Below are positions 38,656-51,159 of a stretch of DNA of 64,000 nt, piece after piece. Location of the stretch: NCBI RefSeq assembly GCF_000143415.4, contig NW_003314261.1, forward strand, positions 372,001 through 436,000, given 5' to 3'. This DNA comes from Selaginella moellendorffii (taxonomy: Eukaryota; Plantae; Lycopodiophyta). Below the pieces are notes generated by a model. It made no database searches. It was given only the letters and a program-made list of their open reading frames with translations, and had not been told where the DNA came from. The translations under genes were made by a program, and so were the position numbers. The number at the start of each line of letters is the position of its first letter. Position 1 is the first letter of the stretch.

Positions 38656-38741
38656 CCCGGATATACGTAAAACACATCATTCTACTACAGAATAGTGTAA
38701 CTAGATTTTCCTAAATATCCTTCTTGGTTTTAAATTTGGGG

Positions 38742-38935
38742 GTTGGGTTGTGCCAGGCTAAGGCGGTAGTGTAAGGCCAAAGCGACACGTGGAGGGCCGG
38801 GTAGCAAGCTACCGGTGGCCCTCCTCCCACAAAAAATTAGGTTAATAGCGTTGGGGCACGTGGCCCCATATCAGCTATTAAACTGATAAGAACAGATACT
38901 ACACTTGATCTTAGCCAAAAGGCCGAGAAAGGTAT
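38742..38935 (-). ncRNA. U2: U2 spliceosomal snRNA
   Basis: ATACCTTTCTCGGCCTTTTGGCTAAGATCAAGTGTAGTATCTGTTCTTATCAG 5' end; Sm site AATTTTTTG; stem-loops III and IV. Confidence 0.97.
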
Positions 38936-38957
38936 GAGCTGTTTTGACCCAGCGCTC

Positions 38958-39008
38958 CATTTATATACTCTACCTAGGGCACAATTCTACGCCTTCGCAT
39001 GTGGGATA
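38958..39008 (-). promoter_or_regulatory. snRNA promoter: TATA at about -30 and USE (ATCCCACATGC) at about -70, Pol II spacing
   Basis: Minus strand TATATAAA at 38960-38967 and ATCCCACAT at 38999-39007. Confidence 0.85.
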
Positions 39009-39124
39009 GGGCGCACGCTGACGTGTGACGCTCTCCCTTCTCCACGTAAAACGCTGACGTGTTAGGTTAAGGTACACGTGTTTGCCACCTCGGCTGGTAA
39101 GATTCATCAATACAGGAAAAAAAT

Positions 39125-40173
39125 TTAAGCAAGATCGTTGCCGACTCGTACACTGTGAATGGTAACGGGAACTAAGGGTCGATTTTCCGAGTTAGTTTCT
39201 TGGGCTTCTATTTCCTAAAACACACAACCAAAAAAGAGAGAGAGAGAGAGAGAAGTAAGCGATGCTGAAGAACAAACAGAGAGAAAGAAGCTTGCCTTGA
39301 CAACGTCTTGGCCACGCACAACGCGTCCAAACACGGTGTGCTTGTTGTCCAGGTGTGGAGTCTCCACGGTTGTGATGAAGAACTGGGAGCGATTGGAGTC
39401 CGGGCCAGAGTTTGCCATGGACAGCGTGAATGGTTCGTGCTTCAAGCTACACAAAACCATGAGAATCTCCAACTTCAACAACGAGAGCTCTTGCTTACTT
39501 GGGTCTAAACTCGTCTTCGAAGGATCCACCCCAAATGGACTCGCCTCCTCTTCCATCTCCGCTGGGATCACCACCTTGGATCATGAAATCCTTGATAACT
39601 CTGTGGAATTTGACACCGTCGTAATATCCTTGCTGCCTGGGAGCCAAAGTATGAGCAAGGGAAGAGAAAACAAGACGAAAGGATGGTACCCATGCACTGC
39701 GAAGTTCTCCACGGTTTTGGGAACTTCGTCGCGGAAGAGCTCCAAAACGATGACACCTTTGGTTGTGTTCATCAACTAGAGTAAGAGAGTATAAGAACGA
39801 AGAATTCCTTGAAAACAAGAATAAAAATGTTACCGCATACTTGGGAAGATCCATGCCAAATTTTTCTTTCCGACCAATGCCCTGCATCAAGAACCCAGCA
39901 AAGATCTCTCCAAAATCTATTCATTTCCTCACCTGGCGACTCCGATTGCCGCTGCTGCTGCCGCTCCTGGAACGAATAAATCAAAGCATGAGATCCGAGG
40001 AAGAAAGGATTCGTCGATCCGACTCACTGGCTGTGCCTGTGAAGCGCCAGGACTGAGAGGAAGAGCAAGACGACGACGACGTTGCAGGAGATGATGGTGG
40101 GGAGGCTGAGCCGCGACGGGCCTTTCTTGCGCTTGCTCTGCTGGAGCAGCGCTGCCGGCTTCATTCTCCCCAT
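39125..40173 (-). CDS. CYP21-4: Membrane-anchored cyclophilin, CYP21-4-like
   Basis: [23 protein letters not shown] followed by a TM segment; [35 protein letters not shown]; last intron GC-AG. Confidence 0.88.
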
Positions 40174-40796
40174 CGCTTCCTAGAGCCCTAGATTTCCAAA
40201 TTTCTCCAAAGGGGAGAAAAGAATGAATAAACCCTAAATCTCGAGGGCGGGCATTTTCTTCCCGGATCGATCGTTTGGACGCTTTGGGCGATCGGGGCTG
40301 AGCTTCTCTTGACCAGAGCGTGAGTATTTCTTTTGTAAAGAAAATCTTTGCTCTTAGATTTGCTTCTTCTAGTTCTAGGCAGCAACGATTGATGCTATAA
40401 CCAAAAGGGCTGGATTTCTCGCAGCTCAGCTCCGCGGCCAACATACTCTCGTGAGCATTTGAATTTCTCTTTGTTTTTCCCTTCTTCCAGTTTTGACCCG
40501 AAAGCAAACCATGCCAGATCAAACATGTAACAGAGCGATTTTTTCACGACCAAAGAGCACCCGTGAGTAGCCTTTCTCTCAATCAATTTTTCTTCCTCTC
40601 GCTTGACACACTTGCATCAACAGGGAGAAGAAAGAAGTAAATCACTACATGAGCAACACAAACTTGTGAGTTTTCTTTGTGTTTCTTCTTCTTCTTCTTG
40701 TAATCTAAAACTTCATGGCAGAGGAGAGCAATCGATGTCCAAGACGAGAGGGTCCAACTCCTCGCAGCGCTCAAGGAATGTAGTGTCTCAAGAGAC

Positions 40797-42041
40797 TTGT
40801 GCCATGGGAAGCAACTCCACAGCTACGCGGTGGCGAGCAAGCTCGACTCAAACATCCGTGTGGCCACCACCTTGATCGACATGTACGCAAAGTGCAAGAG
40901 CATGGACGAGGCTCGCAAAGTCTTCGATGCCATCGATCGTCCCGACGTGGTTTCTTACACTGCTCTCATCTCCGGCTACGCAGACAGCGACCAGGAGGAG
41001 GCAGCATTGGAGCTCTTCACTCGAATGGTTTCCAAGCCAGGCTCCTGCGAACCAAATCACTTAACTTTCGTGGCTGCTCTCAAGGCCTGCTCGAATCTAG
41101 CAACCAGAAACAGTGACAAGATGGGATCACTAGAAAAAGGGGTGGTTTTGCACGCTCGAGCGGCTGCTACAAGGAACTTGAGGCACATTTACGTTGGAAA
41201 CTCTCTTGTGGACATGTACTCCAAGTGTGGCAGCATGGTGGATGCTCGGAAGGTCTTTGACAGGATGGAAGAACACGACGTTGTGTCGTGGACTTCGCTG
41301 CTGCTCGGCTACGCAGAGAACTCCGACAACAGGCTTGCGGTGGAGCTGTTTGGATGCATGAAGGCTCGAGTGCACTGTCCGTCACCGAATGCCAGAGCTT
41401 GCGTTCCTGCGCTCGTCGCGTGTGGAAACTTAGCAGACTTGGAAGCTGGGAAGATCATCCATGCTGGGATTTGTAGGAGTGGATTGGAAGACGACGAGTT
41501 TGTGGCAGCTTCCCTGGTTGGTTTCTACGGCAAGTGTGGAGACATGACCGACGCTCACCTAAACTTCGATGGTTTGCTCGAGAAGCCCGACTTAGCTACC
41601 TGGAGCTCGCTGATCACAGGCTACAGTCGGCAGGGAAGCAGCGATCGAGTTTTGGATCTGTTTGGACAGATGAAAGACACTGGCGTGAAGGCTGATGGTG
41701 TGATCTTTCTCGCGATTCTTACGGCTTGCACTCACGCCGGTCTGGTCGAGACAGGAAAGAGCTACTTCCGAGCGATGGTGGCCGAGTTTGGGATCACTCC
41801 GGGGATCCAACACTACTGCTGCATGGTGGATTTGCTGGGACGTTCCAATCGGCTGGAAGAAGCTTGGAGCTTGGCCAAGACGATGCCTATGGAGGCGGAC
41901 GCTGCGGTGTGGAGGGCGCTACTCAGCGCTTGTCAAAAGTGGAGGAACGCCACCATCGGGCGAGCAGCGTTTGAGTCATTGGCGGAATCAAAGTCAGAGT
42001 ACGTGCTCATGGCAAATATCTATGCCATGCAAGAAATGTAG
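40797..42041 (+). CDS. PLS-type PPR with truncated E domain; no in-frame ATG before 40881
   Basis: PLS repeats, HYCCMVDLLGR, ends YVLMANIYAMQEM. Confidence 0.8.
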   Translation: MCHGKQLHSYAVASKLDSNIRVATTLIDMYAKCKSMDEARKVFDAIDRPDVVSYTALISGYADSDQEEAALELFTRMVSKPGSCEPNHLTFVAALKACSNLATRNSDKMGSLEKGVVLHARAAATRNLRHIYVGNSLVDMYSKCGSMVDARKVFDRMEEHDVVSWTSLLLGYAENSDNRLAVELFGCMKARVHCPSPNARACVPALVACGNLADLEAGKIIHAGICRSGLEDDEFVAASLVGFYGKCGDMTDAHLNFDGLLEKPDLATWSSLITGYSRQGSSDRVLDLFGQMKDTGVKADGVIFLAILTACTHAGLVETGKSYFRAMVAEFGITPGIQHYCCMVDLLGRSNRLEEAWSLAKTMPMEADAAVWRALLSACQKWRNATIGRAAFESLAESKSEYVLMANIYAMQEM

Positions 42042-42091
42042 AAGAAGGGTTCCATTTTGATCTACTTTTTACATTGATCGAAATAATTTCT

Positions 42092-45000
42092 CTATACAAA
42101 GCCAAAACCTTCGCAGCCTTCGCGAATAGCAAGCAAGAGTTTCTCTTCCAATTGCTCTCTCGACTGATAGTGAGGAAGAACGATAGTCCCAGAGCTAAAA
42201 TGTCGATGATATTAGACAAATACCATAGGACAAAACTGATGCTTACCAAGTATATGCCGTTGGTAATTGATTCCATTCACCACCTTCAGTTATCAAAAGG
42301 CCCGTGTTTGAAATCTGGTGAAACAAAAGCTTGTAAAAAAGTATAAGATCTTTTGTCATACCTTGGAAGACCCAGTCATGAACTTAAGCAGCCGAACTTT
42401 GTCCTCCTTGCAAAAGCCATTAACTGCATCCCAAAACCATTTCAAAATACAATAAGTATGTTCACATCTTGCAACTTTTTGCAACTCTTCAACTGCAAGC
42501 ACACAAAATCACACTCTGAGAGAGGTTTGACAAGAAGAAGAAACATACCGTCTACATCAGGAGGCCCACTTATGAGCAGCTCTAGCTCCTTGACATCGAA
42601 AATGGATATCAAATCCTTCGATATCAGTTCGTAGAAACCATCCAGAAACGCGTCTATCTGCGGCTTGATCGAGCCTGTCAAGCGGTAGTCGGCGACATGA
42701 TTCACATAGTTATGCTTGTTTTCCTCAGTCACTGGAACATCTCGACCTCCGGGAATAAGATCATGAATCGCCATCTACAGTAAACAAAAGGAAATGGATA
42801 TGGTGATGTGAAAGAAGCTGTACTCACCTCTTTGCGTCCATCTGAATGATCGTCTATGCTGAAGCTCAGGCCCATGGACTCCTCAACCTTGTTCTGGAAA
42901 TCAAGATTTCTAAGAGGGTGTAAAAGAAATGAACAAATTTACCTCTAACAGCCATACGAGGCTTTTGGAAACCTCCGGTTCCATGTCCATGTATGTGACT
43001 TCTCTTCCAAGTATGTGTTTGTAAAACGAGCGAGTGAAGCGTATATCCAGTTTTTGAGAGTCGATGATAGCCTTGGCTGCCTGGTTTTTGCAAGTAGAAT
43101 TAGATAAGAAGCGATGAGCAGCACCACCGCTTACCAGGCGACCAACAAACTTGAAGTATGAGAGATGACCAGGACAAGAAGCCGAGCTTGGATTCGGCTG
43201 GTAACAATCCCCGACTGGAGAGAACAAAAGCGCTTGCTCCTCGACAATGGCTTGTGACACCACCTGAAACCACTCGCGTCCCAGTCCTTCACCTTCGCCT
43301 TCCTCTCCACGGAAATGCACACTCAACTGGAACTTTTTCAGCTTTTCTGCCGAGCGCTGCCCAAGTTCCTCGTAAGAGTCCTTTAGAATGTCGTGCCTGT
43401 GTATACGTATCTCCTCACTCTCGGAAATCGGGAACTTGCTCAGGAGGAACTCATGCTTGTCTTCCATAGCCAAAAGGCCGGGGCATTTTCGAAGCACTGG
43501 AAGCAAGACCTCGATTTTGACGACATTCTGCCCGACCAGTTCTCGTGCAAGAGCTAGAGTCGAGGGTGCTGGTGCATCCGAGATAAATTGTTGCGCGAGG
43601 AAGAAAGCCCCGACGAGTGGCCGTGCTGCCTTTGGCATGCCACTGCGTACGAATCCCCACAAAGGATCTAGAGCGGAGACGAGGTGCGGAAGATCCTTCT
43701 GCTCCACTCGATCAAGCGTTCGTATAAGATTTAAAACAGCACCGGTGGATGTATAATCGCCAACTTCTAGCTCCTTCACGACCGAGCTGACGAGTTTCGT
43801 AGATATGCTCGTCATTCGCGAGAGGATAGCTGGGGAAAGAGCTGGATTTATAGCGATCAAGTTGCCTAAAACGTCCCCCACACTGCAACATCATTACAAG
43901 TTTCAGTATGGGAACCGGTTTTTATTCTTACCTTGCGTTGACGGCATAGAGATCACACAGCTTGTAAAGCTTCACGTCTGAAACAGTTATGGCGATTGTT
44001 TCTTTGTTGCGTTTGAGCTCTAGAGTCATGAGCTTTAGCAAACGCACCGCCGACGCCACAAACTTGAGATCGTCCAGCAGACTGAAGAGCAAAGCCACGA
44101 TCGAGACTACGTCGTCTTCTTTTAGTGACGCCAACACGGAAGAGTTACGGTGCCCACCAAGTTCAGCAAAAAGGCACAACAGTCGTTTCAGCACGAAGCA
44201 GGGAACTCCTGGAAAAAACAAAACAAAGTTTAGATGGTTAGAAGGGAGTAATACTGAGCTTTACCAAGAACGAAGTTGCGATGGAAAAGACCATTGGCAG
44301 GTGATCCAAAAGCTCGTGAGTTTTCGGTTCTCAGGAGCATACGAACAAGCACCCTCGCCAGTTCAGCATGATTTGTGTGCTTCTTCAGAAAAGAGACCAA
44401 TTTCCTCTCGTCAAATGACTCTGGAGCAAACCGGAGAAACTTGACGAGTGTTTCCAAGTCGTCGTTGTCAACCACCCATGACTGAGGAAAAATCTCTTGC
44501 TCTTGTTCGCACTGATCTCCTTCTAATCCATCCTGCATTTCGTCATCCTCCTCGACATCATCCTCGCCATCTCCATCTTCCGTCCCATCTTCACCATTAG
44601 CATACTCATCATCCTCATCTTCGTTTTGATCCTCCTCTTCGGTTTCATGCTCATCTTCTGTATGATGTCTGTCATGCTCGGCAGCTTGGTCTTGTAACGC
44701 AACATTTGGTGCCTGCTGATGCTGGGTTAGCTCCGGAAGCAAGTCCGGGCAGGTCCGAAGTATCTGCACGAGAAACACTTCAACATATTTCTGCACGAGA
44801 AATGGAAACTGGGAAGTACCTGCAATCTTAAGTCCGGATCAAGCGTCGCCAAAAATGCCCACATATTCTGTGTCGTCTCTTCGGCACCAGTGCTGATTGC
44901 AGCAACGGGATCCTCTGCTGTGGCGTACATCGCCTGTAGAAACGCGATGACACCAGCCTCCGACACATATGGCGGAATGGAAACAACGGGACGATGTCGG

Positions 45001-48000
45001 TGACTCGATAAAAAGTTTGCCAGCACCTCAAAAACTGAAGTTACGACCGCTGCTGCCTCTGGATGGTCTAAGTCGAGCGCAGCAAGGGCCTTAACTATAC
45101 GGTCGGCAAGAAGAGCATCCAGGAACTCGTAGCAGCTCTCCAAAACCTTTGAAAGACGGACGAGTTTCGAGGTACTTATCAGCTCCAAGGAAAACGCCTT
45201 CATCAGAGCTTGGAGGACACTGTCCCTGTTCTCCCGCCATACAGCCTTTAAGAACTTGCTCACCGAGGATGCCTTTGACTCACTTTCTAACACCCGGTCA
45301 AGAATTCCAGCTTCGTGGCCGAGCAAAAAATCTGGAAACTCGTCATAAATCTTGGTCAAGAGCTCAATCCTGACGTCGTCTAGCCCGGCCAGAAGAGGAT
45401 CGCGCAGCTGAGCAAAAACGTCGAGAAAATGGGTGGAAACCAATGCACTTTCGTCGCCACCATTGCCGGTGACTTGACCCCCCTTAAGAAAAATGTAGTG
45501 CTGGTCCTTCCCCACACGAACAACTTCACAGGTGTCAAATGATGCTCGCAAGAAGATGGCGGGCTCTCTGAATGCCCAGGACGACATATCTCTCAAAAAA
45601 TCATGCACATCGGCCGCATTGGCCAACAAACGTGCTCGAATCGCCCGCACCATCCTGTGGTATAACATCTGATGGTCTTCCAGCAGATGCAACACCGTCT
45701 TGCAAGCGCAACTCTTAGAATCCGGGTCGACGCTTAGGTCTAGCAACCTTTCGAAAAGAGCAGCCAAGTCCCTCGCATTTGTCACTAGCTCCAGTGCCAT
45801 CTTGCGGTTCCTCGTCAGAGTTTCACCGAGTTTAAGCAGCTTTGGTCCATGAGCTGTAGGAGGAGTCTGGCAGATGAAGTTTCCAAACCAAACTACCGCT
45901 TGCTTGTGCTGATCTTCGGACATGCCACTTGCAGCAAAAGGATTGCCACCGTGGTCGCCTCCTCCAAACAGAAGCCTTAAAACCACTGCAGCTGACTCTA
46001 CTGAAGTCTCAAATTTTGGAGACAACAGGAGCTCTAGAAACTGGTTTGCCATACCACGCCGTCGAATAACAACAGCAGCAGCGGTATCTTTCGTAACCAG
46101 GAGTGCTAAAAGCTTCGCAGCTGCTGCCTCAGATCCCAGCTGGCAAACCAGTGACACCAAGGCGGTCTCTCTTTCGTGCAACACGCCGTTCCTCCAGATG
46201 GTAAGAATCAAATCCTCGGAGCCGTGACAGTTCATAAGTTTCAAGAGGAGGTCGACCATCTCCAGCATTGGTGGAAATGACAGTGCAAGGGCATCCTCAA
46301 AGTTTTCCTCAGCCATCTTCTCAACGGCTCGTTCAATGGAATTTCCTTTCTTCTCCAGCGCTGCTCTCGCCACTGCCTTATCGTATCCCATTGACACCAG
46401 TTTTGAAACGGCCAAATCGTCAACTTCGGCAGGGTTCTTCTTGCACAACTGTTCGAGAACCGCTGCCGCCATCCTTGGAGTGAACTGGGAGATGTCACAG
46501 AGTCGAATTACGCGAAGGACCGCATAGAAAATCTGTTGCTTGATTCTTTTCTCGTCCTCCTCTCCTGTAAGGTCCGCCCACTCCGAGTCCAAAAGCTGGC
46601 AGAAAATGGAGAAGTACACGTCTAGCGATGGTGCCATCCCTGTCGTCGAGCTTCCAACTGGTGTCGAGCAGCTTCCGAAAGCTTCGAAGGCGATCAACAG
46701 CTTGTCCAATGCGCCGGACATGAAGAGCTGCTTGAAAAAAAAAGCGTTGCAATGACCATCGTTGTTGAATAGCATCCGCTCGACGATCCAGGGTAGCACC
46801 TCCACCTTCTCAGCGCACTTCCCTTCGATTAACGATCCAAAATCCTCGCACAAACTCTTGGCCATCTCTGCGTAACCCCCACATTTGTCTGTGGGAGGAA
46901 ATCTTTCGAGCTTCATAACCACAGACACCGGAAGCTGGCGAAGAAACTCGTAGCCGCCAACCCCAACGAGAGTCGACATGAAACTAGCACTCAGTGCCTT
47001 GAGCAGCACAGCTTCAGGAACGGCTGTCACGTCGTCTAGAATCAACTTGGCCAACTTCGCGTGTAACTCATCTGATAACTTCCAGGACATGGTTGCTTCC
47101 ACAATCTTCCAGCCATCAGTGGACACCTTTGAGCTGCTTGAAGTCCCCCTCAACAGCCTGGGATTGTCAAAGATTTTTACCAAGAACTGCTCGACCTCTC
47201 CCTCACCCCCCTCGAAGGCCTTGGAAAGCAAGTCTCTGATCATTCGTTGCTTTTCCCTGAGCGAGTCGTCATCGCTACTGCTGATGTCCTTGAGTTCGTC
47301 TTCAAGCCAGATCAAGGCCTCGTTCAAGCTCAGGACTCCAAAGACGGAGGATGGAAGCTGACGGCGGCGTTTCCTGTCTTCATCCTGGAGATCTATGGGG
47401 GCCGAGGAATTATCCAGCAAAGCTTTGATAAAACCACTGGAATGCTGGACTTTCCCACTGAGAAACTCATGGACCTTTGCATCTCTTTCCGCGGTCGTGA
47501 GTATGTCCTCCTTTCCGTGAGCTCCCAGTGCATACAGTGCCGAGATTCGAACACTCTCTGGAACAACTCCATCGCACGCCACCGCCTCCAAGTCCGAGAG
47601 TTGGGATTTTTCTACATGCGGTACGAGCCCCAGAGCCAAGATGGAAATTCGAAGGTACTCGTACCGAGTTTCTGCCGATGAGAATGCCTTTGCGAAGCGA
47701 ATCCTGGTGAGCAAAGAAAACCGGAGCTCCCCAGGCACCTTGAAGTCACGGACCAACCTGTTGAAGAGATCCAAGCAATCTTCCCTACACAGCTCCTCCA
47801 CCTCAACCTGAATGACTTCCAGCTTCCCGTCTTGATAGAACTCGAAGTATAGACTCCGAGCTGACTCCTTTGCACAGAACCACTGATCCCTGCTTGGCCA
47901 TCCGTAAGATATCTCTCGCACGTAGCTCATCGTCTTGGAAGAATAACCATCCTTGGTTTGAGCTGCGGCGAGAACTTCCAAGGCCAGCAACACGATCTCC

Positions 48001-48252
48001 GCGTCCGTGGAAACCAAAAGACTAGCCAGCGACTGGGAAAAACAGGAGAAGATTTCGTAAAGTCCTTGAAGCTGGAGGAGGAAAGAATCATACCTCGACG
48101 CCTGGAGCGTCGCCACCATCGTTGGAATCGAGTTTAAAGAGAGCGTCTTTGAGAAGCGTGACCAGCGTTACCTTGGACTCTATCGTAAAGTCCTCCGCGA
48201 GCTCTCCATTGAGCTGGGCTTCGCTGCCCGCCTGGACACTCTCAGGGATCAT
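42092..48252 (-). CDS. UPL: Compact UPL1/HUWE1-like HECT E3 ligase (ARM-like region, UBA, acidic tract, HECT)
   Basis: ASLLVSTDAEIV, LRFSLLTRIRFAKAF, UBA (LVSMGY..ARAAL), GLGREWF, FKFVGR, LPTAYTC with Cys split by an intron, C-terminal EGFGFV. Confidence 0.85.
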
Positions 48253-48575
48253 CAATGAAAAGAAAAGGAAAATTTCCCTAGTGCCACCATTTAAAGCCCC
48301 GCTAGGAATTTTTTTTGGCGCGTTTCCAGAAGCTCTAGAAATCTTAGGCTGATCGATCGCTTCATAGCAGCGCCTACGATCATGGATTGAGAGATCCAGA
48401 ACCAGTGCTGGAAATAGAGAAACTTCCATGGATTGAATTGGATCACCTCCCTGGCGCTGGAGCTCCACATTGCCAAGGGATGGATCACTTCTTGCCAGCG
48501 CTCGCGAATGGGAATGTGGGTGAAGAACTCGTGAAATTCCATTGAAAGATATCAAGAACCCTAATAGAAGAATGC

Positions 48576-51017
48576 TCAATGCAACGGGATGATCGAGGAG
48601 AGCATCACGTACGAGGCGCCATTGTCCGGCTCCAGCGCCATCATCTCTCGCGCGGCGTCTCTGCCCTCTTCCTCGCGATCGTGAGTCTTGCAAGAGGCCA
48701 GCAGCGTCGTCCACGCCACTCCATCCGCCGGGAATGGCATGCTCTGGACCAGATCGCGGGCCTCTTCCAGCTTCCCGGCTCGCCCCAGCAGATCCACCAC
48801 GCACCGGTAGTTCTCTTCGTTCGCTTCCATCCCGAAATCGCCGTGGATGCTGGCGAAGCAGCGCCACGCCTCTTCGATCTTCCCGGCGTGGCTGCAAGCG
48901 TAGAGGATGCTCGTGAAGGTGGCCTCGCTGGGATGGATCCCGTCCAGCGCCATGCCCAGGAAGAGCTCCAGGGATTCGCGGACCCGGCCGTTCTGGGCAT
49001 AGCTCGCGATGATCGCGGTCCAGCTCACGACGCTCACGGTTCTCATGGCATCGAAGATCTCTTTCGCGCGATCGACCTCGCCGAATCGCCCGTAGGCGCT
49101 CGTTAGCGAGTTTGCGACGCCCAGCTCGTCCAGGAACCCGGCGCTGGCGACCGTGTGGTGGATCGATCGAAGAGCTCGCAGGCTCGGGCACGCGATCAGC
49201 ACGCTCGAGTACGTGATCTCGCTCGCCCTCACAGCGCCCTCGAGATTCATCCGGTGGTAGAGATCCAGAGCGTCCTCTCCAGCGCCGTTTTGAGAGCACG
49301 CCGCCACCATCGCGTTCCACGACACGAGGTCTCTCTCTCCGCAGGGAATCCTCTCCATGGCCGCTCGTGCTCCATCGATCGATCCGGCTCGGCCGTAAGC
49401 ACTCACCAGCGCCGTGGCAGCGATGGGATTCCCCTCCAGGCCATGGATCCTCGCTTCTTCTCGGATCAAGTCGAGGTGATCCACGCTTGTCAAGGAGCCA
49501 AGGAGCAAGGAAGCAATGCTAGCTTCGTTGGGTCTCACGTCCATCGCTCGGAAGAGCTCCAGAGCTTCGCTGTTCTTCCCGGAGTGAGCGTAGACAGCGA
49601 TCATCGCGTTCCAGGATATCACATTCTTCTTGCTCTGCTCGATTTGCTCGAAGATCTTGCTTGCGGTGACCACGTCCTCACCACAGATCCCATGCAAGCC
49701 GATCAAAACCGTGCCGAGCACCACGTCGAGCTTCATCCCGAGAGCGGCAACTCGGGGATAGATGTGGCAGCCATCGCCAAAGTTCCCAAGGTTGACGAAC
49801 GCGGTGGCCAAGGCGGCCAGAGTTACTTCGTTGGCTTTCACTCCCTCGAGCTCCATCTCTCGAAACAATCCCACGGCCTCTTCCTCGCGGCTGTTCTGGG
49901 CTAGAGCAGTGATCATCGCTGTCCAGGAGATCACGTCTCTGCAAGAGGAAGAAGAAGAAGCCATAGCCAGGAACACAGACTTGGCACCATCGACGCTTCC
50001 ACACTTCCCATACATGTTGATGAGAGCGTTCTGGACGTTGATCCTGGACTCGAGCCCCCGGGAAGCAATCTCTCGATGGAGTTCCAGCCCGATCTCCAGC
50101 GAAGAAACGCTACCGCAGGCATCCAAGAGAACCACGAAGGTGATATCGTTTGGCTGGAAGTTTTGTTGCTCAAGCTCCGCCATCCTTTTGTAGAGATCGA
50201 TCGCCTGGAAGCCACAGCCGTTGAGAGCGTAGGCGGAGATGATGGTGTTGAGCGACACAATGCTCCTCCTTTTCATCCGGTCGAAGAGATCTCTGGCCTT
50301 TGCGATCCTGCCACACTTTCCATACATGTTGATGACAGCGTTGGCGATGACAACGTTGGATTCCAGCCCCAGTTTCGCTGCCAGATCGTGAATCGCTTCG
50401 CCCTCTACCAAGTCTTGCAGCCCCGAGCACGACTGGAGCACTGGAAGGAACGTAACTTCGTCCGGAACGATCCCTCCTGGAGCTGTCGTGATCATCTCCC
50501 GGAAGAGCTCCAGAGCTTCTCTGTGCTGCGAATTCTGGGCATAAGCTCCGATGATCGCGTTCCACGACACGGTGCTTCGCTCCGGCATTCGATCGAACAC
50601 TGCCCTCGCGTCACGCAGCGCGCGGCATTTGCCATACATGTTGATGAGGGTGTTGCCGAGCACGAGGCTGGAATCCAATCCATACTCCTTGATCCTGGCG
50701 TGGATCTCTCGCCCTCGATCGTAGCAGCCGCATTTGGTGCAAGCCCCGAGAGCTGCGATGAAAGTGGCCTCCTCCGGTGGAACGTCCATCGCCCGGAAGA
50801 GCTCCACCGCTCTCGCGTAATGCCCGTTCTGGGCAAATGCTGCGATCATGAGTGTCCACGAGAAAACGTTCTTGTTCTTGATCTTGGCGAAGACGATCTG
50901 GGCCTCCTCCACATCCCCACACTTGGCGTACATCTGGACGAGAAGATTTGCGACGTAGCGGTTGCGCTCCTGGCCGCTCCTCGCGATCCTCGCATGGAGA
51001 TCCTTGATGCCCACCAA
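48576..51017 (-). CDS. PLS-E PPR protein without DYW; start codon uncertain
   Basis: 813-aa ORF of PLS repeats ending ASYVMLSSI; upstream frame closes without an ATG. Confidence 0.85.
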   Translation of the reverse strand: MVGIKDLHARIARSGQERNRYVANLLVQMYAKCGDVEEAQIVFAKIKNKNVFSWTLMIAAFAQNGHYARAVELFRAMDVPPEEATFIAALGACTKCGCYDRGREIHARIKEYGLDSSLVLGNTLINMYGKCRALRDARAVFDRMPERSTVSWNAIIGAYAQNSQHREALELFREMITTAPGGIVPDEVTFLPVLQSCSGLQDLVEGEAIHDLAAKLGLESNVVIANAVINMYGKCGRIAKARDLFDRMKRRSIVSLNTIISAYALNGCGFQAIDLYKRMAELEQQNFQPNDITFVVLLDACGSVSSLEIGLELHREIASRGLESRINVQNALINMYGKCGSVDGAKSVFLAMASSSSSCRDVISWTAMITALAQNSREEEAVGLFREMELEGVKANEVTLAALATAFVNLGNFGDGCHIYPRVAALGMKLDVVLGTVLIGLHGICGEDVVTASKIFEQIEQSKKNVISWNAMIAVYAHSGKNSEALELFRAMDVRPNEASIASLLLGSLTSVDHLDLIREEARIHGLEGNPIAATALVSAYGRAGSIDGARAAMERIPCGERDLVSWNAMVAACSQNGAGEDALDLYHRMNLEGAVRASEITYSSVLIACPSLRALRSIHHTVASAGFLDELGVANSLTSAYGRFGEVDRAKEIFDAMRTVSVVSWTAIIASYAQNGRVRESLELFLGMALDGIHPSEATFTSILYACSHAGKIEEAWRCFASIHGDFGMEANEENYRCVVDLLGRAGKLEEARDLVQSMPFPADGVAWTTLLASCKTHDREEEGRDAAREMMALEPDNGASYVMLSSIIPLH

Positions 51018-51159
51018 GTCGCGGCGGTCGCCGCATTGGCGGAGGAGCAGCGCATACCTCCGGGTGTCTTGGATCGATGGCGGCTTGCGTTGCTCCTGGA
51101 GGTAACCATCGATGGTGGGAACCTCCAGGATTTCTGGGAAGATGTGTTTGTGCTCCTGG

